Of a DNA stretch of 64,000 nt, positions 58,649-64,000 are shown one piece after another (position 1 is the stretch's first letter; the number at the start of each line of letters is the position of its first letter). This DNA comes from Candidatus Latescibacterota bacterium. Lineage in GTDB: Bacteria; Latescibacterota; UBA2968; UBA8231. The translations under genes and the position numbers were made by a program. The stretch spans positions 1-64,000 of the forward strand of contig OZ242005.1 of assembly GCA_965204725.1 (NCBI GenBank). Reading direction: 5' to 3'. Below the pieces are notes generated by a model that saw only the letters and a list, made by a program, of their open reading frames with translations, ran no database searches and was not told where the DNA came from.

Positions 58649-60055
58649 TTATTTGATCAACATCACCTTGCCCACAGCGCGTTGACTGCCCGCGCGCAAC
58701 TGCACCAGATACGCGCCGTTGCCCACCGGCTCACCCGCGGCATTGCGGCCATCCCAGTGGAAAACGTGTCGCCCGGCCGCGACCGGGCCGGCGGCCAAGG
58801 TGCGGATGGTGCGGCCCAAGACGTCGTGGACGGTCAGAGCGACCGGGGTGTTGGCCGACCAGACCGCAAAGGGAATCTGCACCGCGGCGTTGAAGGGATT
58901 GGGATAGGCCGCGGCCAAGGCGAACTCCTGCGGCGAGCCAGCGGCGGTCTCCGCCACGGCCGTAGGAACGGCCGCATCGGCCAAGACCACGATATTCGAT
59001 GGCGGCAGGCCGGTGTCAATGGGGCCGCGCTGGAACGCGCCGGTGGCCGCGTCGTAGAACCTAAGCCCGGCGCTGGCCGGGTCGGCAAAGGAGCCGCGGT
59101 CGGCGACGACCAAGCGGTCGCCAGCTACCGCCAAGCTGGGGATAAAACCGCCGCTGATGTTTTCTAAGGGCGCACCCACCGCACCGCTCGACAACGCAAA
59201 GGGCCGGACGCTGTTGGCGAAGTCCTCGCCCGCGACCACGGCATAGCCCCGGTTTTGATCGACCAAGACCATCGACGTGATGTCGCCGCCCAAGTCCTCC
59301 TCGCCGACGGCCAGTCCGAGGCTGCGGTTGGTGGCCGTATCGACGATTTCCACGCCGCCGGCCCGGTCGCCGAAATGGGCCACGACCCCCACGGCGATCT
59401 GCTCGCCGACCACGGCCATGCTGTTGGGATTGGTCGCACTCAGGGCGATGCCCTGCACCCCCTCGGCGTCCGGGTCCACATCTACGAGGGTGTCGCTGGC
59501 CAGATCGACGACGATCAGATAGCTGACATCGACCGGTCCCCACCCACTGTTGCGGTCGAGGCGTTGGCAACTCAAGTACAGCCGGTCGCCAACGCGGACG
59601 ATTTGCGACACCTCGGGCAGGCCATCCGCGTCGGCAAAAGCACGCAGATCGATTTCGCCCAATTCTGCGCCGTCTTGGGGATTGACGATCAGCAGGGACG
59701 CCTCGTCGTAGCGCGTAATGTATGCTTTGTCTGGGGCGACAATTTCGATGTCGTGCGGGTTGGCCCCATTGCCCACTGAAAACTGAGTTAGCGGAGCGCG
59801 CAAATCCATCGCGTCCAGCACCAAGATATTGTCCTGGCCCAAGCGATTGACGACATAGACGCGGCCGTCGTGGTAGTGCCCCACTGCGTCGGAGTGGACG
59901 CCCAACACATTCACCTCGGCCTCGGCCGCATCCGCCGCCAAAAAGGCCGTGCTGCCGGTAGAAAAGTCCGTGGTGATGACAAAGAGGTCGCTCTGCGCCG
60001 ACGCCGAATTCGCCAACAGCATGAGAAAGCCAGCTAAAATGGAAATGCGATACAT
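58649..60055 (-). CDS. Secreted beta-propeller (YncE/BtuG-like) with FlgD/T9SS-type C-terminal domain
   Basis: Signal peptide, propeller-like blades, YPNPFN...WDGRNAAG tail. Confidence 0.7.
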   Translation of the reverse strand: MYRISILAGFLMLLANSASAQSDLFVITTDFSTGSTAFLAADAAEAEVNVLGVHSDAVGHYHDGRVYVVNRLGQDNILVLDAMDLRAPLTQFSVGNGANPHDIEIVAPDKAYITRYDEASLLIVNPQDGAELGEIDLRAFADADGLPEVSQIVRVGDRLYLSCQRLDRNSGWGPVDVSYLIVVDLASDTLVDVDPDAEGVQGIALSATNPNSMAVVGEQIAVGVVAHFGDRAGGVEIVDTATNRSLGLAVGEEDLGGDITSMVLVDQNRGYAVVAGEDFANSVRPFALSSGAVGAPLENISGGFIPSLAVAGDRLVVADRGSFADPASAGLRFYDAATGAFQRGPIDTGLPPSNIVVLADAAVPTAVAETAAGSPQEFALAAAYPNPFNAAVQIPFAVWSANTPVALTVHDVLGRTIRTLAAGPVAAGRHVFHWDGRNAAGEPVGNGAYLVQLRAGSQRAVGKVMLIK

Positions 60056-60085
60056 GAAAATCCTCCTGTTAATAGAGCCGTAGGC

Positions 60086-62341
60086 TCAGTACGTAGCATA
60101 ATGCACGGAGAGTCCATAAGAGCGGCCCGGCAGCGGGTAGCCCCACAGATCGGCTACTTGATTGTCGGTCAGGTTGTGCAGCGCCCAAGCCAAGGAGAAG
60201 CCCTCGACGAGCGGCACCCGGCCGCCGACATGGTAGAGGGCGCGGACGGGCACGGCGCGCAAATTGGCCCGGTCGAGGAAATGCCGGCTCTCGCGGCTAA
60301 ATTCGCCGTATAGGTCCGTGCGCCCTAGGTCGAGGGCTACGTGCGTATTGAGCCGATGGCGCGGCGCGTTGGGCAGGTCGTTGCCCCGTTCAAAAGAAAA
60401 CGGGGTGCGGTTTTGGGCGCGTTGGTACGCGTAATTGCCGCGGATGACCAGCCTCGGCAACAACCGCGCCTCGACTCGCGTCTCCACGCCGCGCAGCAGG
60501 GCGCGACCCAGATTGTGGGGCCGCGACACCCGCTGTGAGTTTTGCACAAAGCGAATGAGGTTTTCGACGCGATTGCGATAGTACGCGACCTCGGCCAAGA
60601 CCAGCCCCACTCCATCGGCGGCACCGCGAAAAACCACGCCCCAATCCGAGTTGTGCCCTTCTTCGCTGACGAGGTCGGTATTGCCGATCACCGCGCCCCG
60701 GTCGCCGAAGAGTTCAAAGAAATTCGGCGCGCGCTGATAGTGGCCGGTGTGGGCTTTAAGGGCCAAGCCCGCGCCTAAGTCCAAGAGTGCGCCGACGCGA
60801 TAGCCCCACAGGATTGCGCCGTTGTCGCGGCTCGGCAACACCGCGCTCGGCGCGAAGTCTTTCCGATCAAAAAAGCGGTCGGCAAGCCCTTCTGCTTGCG
60901 CCCCGGCATTGAGGGTCAAGCGCGGTCCCAACGGCACCTCTACCTCCGTGCCGAAGGCCAACGCTTGGCGGCGACTGCGCAAGAGCCGGCTGGCGGGCCG
61001 GAGCACGTCGTCGGGTGCGAAGGATTCGCGCCGAGCCGCGACAAAGGCGGTGAGCAGGGACTGGCCGGGCAGCAGGGCATTCACCTCGCCGCGCAGGCCC
61101 ACGCTCTCGGTGATGTTGCGGTCGTGCTGGCGGCCTAGGCCCACTTCGCCCTGCCGGTCTTGGTACTCGTCTTTGTCGCGTGAGTGGTGGGCTTTGAGCC
61201 GGTATCCGGTGCGGCCGGATCCCAGCGGGCCGAAGAGCGCGGCTTCGACGATATGACGCCACGTATCGTAGCGAGTGTGCAGGGACTGGTTGTTGCCTAG
61301 GCCGGGGATGCCTTTGGAACTCAGGTCAAAGGTATTGTGAACCTGCAAGCGGCTGGCGCCCAAGCTGCGCCCGATTTTGGCCAAGCCGCGCACGCCGCGA
61401 AAATCGCTGTTGAGCCGCCGCGCCCAGCCGTCGTCTTGGGCGTTGTACTCGGTGCCGTTGTCGTCCCAAAAGCGGAAGTCGTTGCGGCTGGCCCGGTAGT
61501 TGACCAATCCCAAGTACTCCCAACCCTTATACGGGCCGCTGAGCGAAGCGCCGAGTTGGCGGGTGCCGTGCGAACCGGAGGCCGTGTGCAAGCGCGTGCG
61601 GACTTTGCCCCCGAGTGGCTGGGTGCGGATGTGAACCACGCCGCCGATGCTGTTGCCCCCAAACCGCGCCGGCACGGCCCCCCGATATACATCGACGCTC
61701 TCGACGCCGCCGATGGGCAAACCGCCGAGGTCCACACCCCCGCCAACCGCCGAGTTGAGCGGCACCCCGTCGAGAAAAACTTGAACCTGTTCGGCCGTGG
61801 ACCCGCGAATGGAAAGGGTGCTAAAACTGCCCAACCCGCCGTAGCGACGGATGTTGACGCCGGTCGCTCGGTCGAGGATCTGCGCCAAGTCTGCACCGGG
61901 GGCTTGCGGGTTGGCGACGGTTTCGACGAACGCGGCAAGGTGCTCGCCAGCGGGGTCGCGGCGGGCGCGGACCACCAACTCGTCCATGAGCATGGGCAGG
62001 GATTGCAGGTGCAACTCGACCCAAGTGGGGGACGCGCCGATCTGGATGGGGGCTTGCAGCGGCCAGTAGCCCAGCCGTTCCACGCGCAAATCCCAAGTGC
62101 CGGTTGACAGATTTTCGAGGCGGAAGGCGCCGGTCGTATCGCTGCGGACGGCATGGACTGTGCCGGATGCGGACCGCAGCGTCAATACAGCACCGGACAC
62201 TGGGCGGCCCGCGTCTTGGTCGAGCAACCGGCCCTGTAGAGAGCCGGCGAGGAGGGCCGCGGGATGCAGGGCCAGCGAGAGAAAGACAATAAAAAAGCCC
62301 GCCCTCGAATAAGAGCGGGTCAGGGTGCTCGTGTTAGGCAC
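60086..62341 (-). CDS. btuB: TonB-dependent receptor, cobalamin (BtuB-like)
   Basis: Plug SIRGS..QV..FLDGVP; C-terminal NLTD...GYPLPGRSY; first gene after the B12 riboswitch. Confidence 0.85.
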   Translation of the reverse strand: MPNTSTLTRSYSRAGFFIVFLSLALHPAALLAGSLQGRLLDQDAGRPVSGAVLTLRSASGTVHAVRSDTTGAFRLENLSTGTWDLRVERLGYWPLQAPIQIGASPTWVELHLQSLPMLMDELVVRARRDPAGEHLAAFVETVANPQAPGADLAQILDRATGVNIRRYGGLGSFSTLSIRGSTAEQVQVFLDGVPLNSAVGGGVDLGGLPIGGVESVDVYRGAVPARFGGNSIGGVVHIRTQPLGGKVRTRLHTASGSHGTRQLGASLSGPYKGWEYLGLVNYRASRNDFRFWDDNGTEYNAQDDGWARRLNSDFRGVRGLAKIGRSLGASRLQVHNTFDLSSKGIPGLGNNQSLHTRYDTWRHIVEAALFGPLGSGRTGYRLKAHHSRDKDEYQDRQGEVGLGRQHDRNITESVGLRGEVNALLPGQSLLTAFVAARRESFAPDDVLRPASRLLRSRRQALAFGTEVEVPLGPRLTLNAGAQAEGLADRFFDRKDFAPSAVLPSRDNGAILWGYRVGALLDLGAGLALKAHTGHYQRAPNFFELFGDRGAVIGNTDLVSEEGHNSDWGVVFRGAADGVGLVLAEVAYYRNRVENLIRFVQNSQRVSRPHNLGRALLRGVETRVEARLLPRLVIRGNYAYQRAQNRTPFSFERGNDLPNAPRHRLNTHVALDLGRTDLYGEFSRESRHFLDRANLRAVPVRALYHVGGRVPLVEGFSLAWALHNLTDNQVADLWGYPLPGRSYGLSVHYATY

Positions 62342-62384
62342 CGGTGGACCAACCTTTCTGCCGAAGGGTGTCGTTCACCTCGGT

Positions 62385-62575
62385 CGCAGGCAGGTCTCCT
62401 GACTTCCGGTATGTGCCGCCCGGCTCCTTCCCGAACCATTAGGTCAGTGGCTGACGCCGGGGACGCGACGGCCGGTGGGCCGTCAACCGGTCACAGTGGC
62501 GGGACCGCGGCAGATTTGCACTGCCTTCCCTATTCTCCCGCTGCCGTTTGGCAACGGACACCTGCGCCGTTTTGG
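62385..62575 (-). ncRNA. Cobalamin riboswitch
   Basis: AATAGGGAAGGCAGTGCAAATCTGCCGCGGTCCCGCCACTGTG...CCACTG...GGGAAG...AAGTCAGGAGACCTGCC (B12 box). Confidence 0.95.
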
Positions 62576-62582
62576 TTCGGCT

Positions 62583-62611
62583 ATTAAAAGGGCCGAGTTG
62601 GAATCTGTCAA
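62583..62611 (-). promoter_or_regulatory. sigma70-like promoter of the B12 operon
   Basis: TTGACA-17 bp-TTTAAT immediately upstream of the riboswitch. Confidence 0.65.
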
Positions 62612-62748
62612 GGGCGAACTGAAAATACCGACGGGATTCCCGCGGCCAAACGCGCCGCAAGGTCGGCTAGCAGCAGGCTTCTTTTCTGACTAAAACGTGC
62701 AGTTTTTCTTGACACGCTGTTTCTATTCAAGTATCAAGTGTATTGTAA

Positions 62749-62883
62749 GAGGCTGTCTGAAAACCCACTTTGGGGCATGTTGAACACGCCGTAGAGACGA
62801 GGTCCGTCATTCCCGCGCAAGCGGGAATCCAGCCGGGATCGGTTAGACGCAAAGGACGACCCCCAGAGTTTTCAGACAGCTTC
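62749..62883. mobile_element. 135-bp MITE with IS5-like ends
   Basis: IRs GAGGCTGTCTGAAAAC and GTTTTCAGACAGCTTC; TAA direct repeats at 62746-62748 and 62884-62886; no ORF. Confidence 0.85.
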
Positions 62884-62986
62884 TAAGCCGTGCTTTGGCG
62901 GCGAATTTGGTGCCGCCGATTGGAGGATGAACGAGAACATGGTTGAGCATTCCATTTTCCTAACCTCCGTAAAAAGGAGCAAAAAA

Positions 62987-64000
62987 ATGCCGTCGTTGAA
63001 CCAGATAAAGATCAAGTTCGTGTTCGTCCTTTTCGTCGTCGGTGCTTGGATTGGCTGCTCCGACGCCCCGCCGGTCGCCCCTCGTCCTGCGGGCAAAGCC
63101 ACCTGTGCCTTGTGCGATTTCTTGGGCGACGAGAAATACACCGCAGCCGACGGGCAGGGGCCCACCGAAAGCCCCGACAGCACCCAGACCGAAGCCGAGG
63201 CCGCGACCGAAGCCGAAACCGATAGCACCCAATCGGCCACCGTTTCGTTCGACGACGCCAATCTAGAGCGTGCGGTGCGGGAAGCACTGGACCGCCCGCA
63301 AGGAACCCTTACCACGGCGGATCTGGATTCCCTGACCGTGCTCGACGCGAGCGATAGAGACATTCAGAGCTTGGCCGGTCTCGAACACGCAACGGCGTTG
63401 CGAGAGCTATATCTGCGGCGCAACGAAATTACGGATGTCCAGCCGCTGGCCAGCCTGACCAACCTGCAATCGCTGTCGCTATGGGGCAATGAGATTGCGG
63501 ATGTCCAGCCGTTGGCTAGCCTGACCAATTTGCGAAAGCTGTCGCTATGGGGTAACGAGATTGCGGATGTCCAGCCGCTAGCCAGCCTAACGAACCTCCA
63601 ATGGCTTCAGCTAGGGGACAACGAGATCGCGGATGTAAGTCCGTTGGCCAGCCTAACGAACCTCTACTGGCTGGGCGTGGTGGACAACGCCCTCAGCGAA
63701 CACGCCGTCAACGAACAGCTCTCCGACTTGATGGAAGGGGGCATCCGCGTCCAAACGGAAGCGGAAACGGGAATGGCCGCCAGTTTGTTCGCCGACGCCA
63801 ATCTAGAGCATGAAGTGCGGGTGGCACTGGATCGCCTGCAAGGGACCCTTTATCCGGCAGACCTAGCTTCCCTGACCGTGCTCAGGGCGAACAATAGAAA
63901 CATTCGGAGCTTGGCCGGCCTCCAACACGCGACGGCTTTGGACTCTCTGTTTCTGTACGAAAACGCGATTACGAATGTGCAGCCGCTGGCCAGCCTGACC
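62987..64000 (+). CDS. Internalin-like leucine-rich repeat lipoprotein (runs off the window end)
   Basis: AAGGAG RBS; MPSLNQ...WIGC lipobox; FDDANLERAVREAL cap; 22-aa repeats NEIADVQPLASLTNL. Absent from the ORF track because it has no stop in the window. Confidence 0.85.
   Translation, partial: MPSLNQIKIKFVFVLFVVGAWIGCSDAPPVAPRPAGKATCALCDFLGDEKYTAADGQGPTESPDSTQTEAEAATEAETDSTQSATVSFDDANLERAVREALDRPQGTLTTADLDSLTVLDASDRDIQSLAGLEHATALRELYLRRNEITDVQPLASLTNLQSLSLWGNEIADVQPLASLTNLRKLSLWGNEIADVQPLASLTNLQWLQLGDNEIADVSPLASLTNLYWLGVVDNALSEHAVNEQLSDLMEGGIRVQTEAETGMAASLFADANLEHEVRVALDRLQGTLYPADLASLTVLRANNRNIRSLAGLQHATALDSLFLYENAITNVQPLASLT

Noticed and set aside
63400-63680. Diversity-generating retroelement TR/VR pair
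   Set aside because: The repeats are in-frame LRR units, differences are not adenine-specific, and there is no reverse transcriptase in the window

Overview
High-GC bacterial chromosomal window. A C-terminal FlgD/T9SS-type tail, many PhyH dioxygenases, a sulfatase, CehA/McbA hydrolases and an internalin-like LRR lipoprotein suggest an FCB-group organism such as Latescibacterota or Gemmatimonadota, possibly a host-associated symbiont (inference). Housekeeping and catabolic genes include proS, thrS, a sugar ABC transporter with galM, and a riboswitch-controlled B12 uptake operon. A defence-rich region at ~15.3-36.4 kb holds a type III R-M operon with an inserted PLD nuclease, an AAA-DUF4143 gene with 23-bp repeats, and an intact type III CBASS. 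The CBASS comprises a CD-NTase, HORMA, TRIP13, a SLOG effector fused to an NDT/TIR-like domain and a Cap18-like exonuclease, with a divergent XRE-IrrE regulator. A decayed PLD-helicase/methylase pair lies at the end of this region. Unannotated signals read from the DNA: a Thr4 leader-peptide attenuator for thrS, an IS5-ended MITE carrying a palindromic repeat, internal deletions that remove catalytic domains, a frameshifted M50 peptidase, a candidate new toxin-antitoxin pair, and apparent depletion of CCWGG. All family assignments come from motif recognition by eye; no database searches were run.
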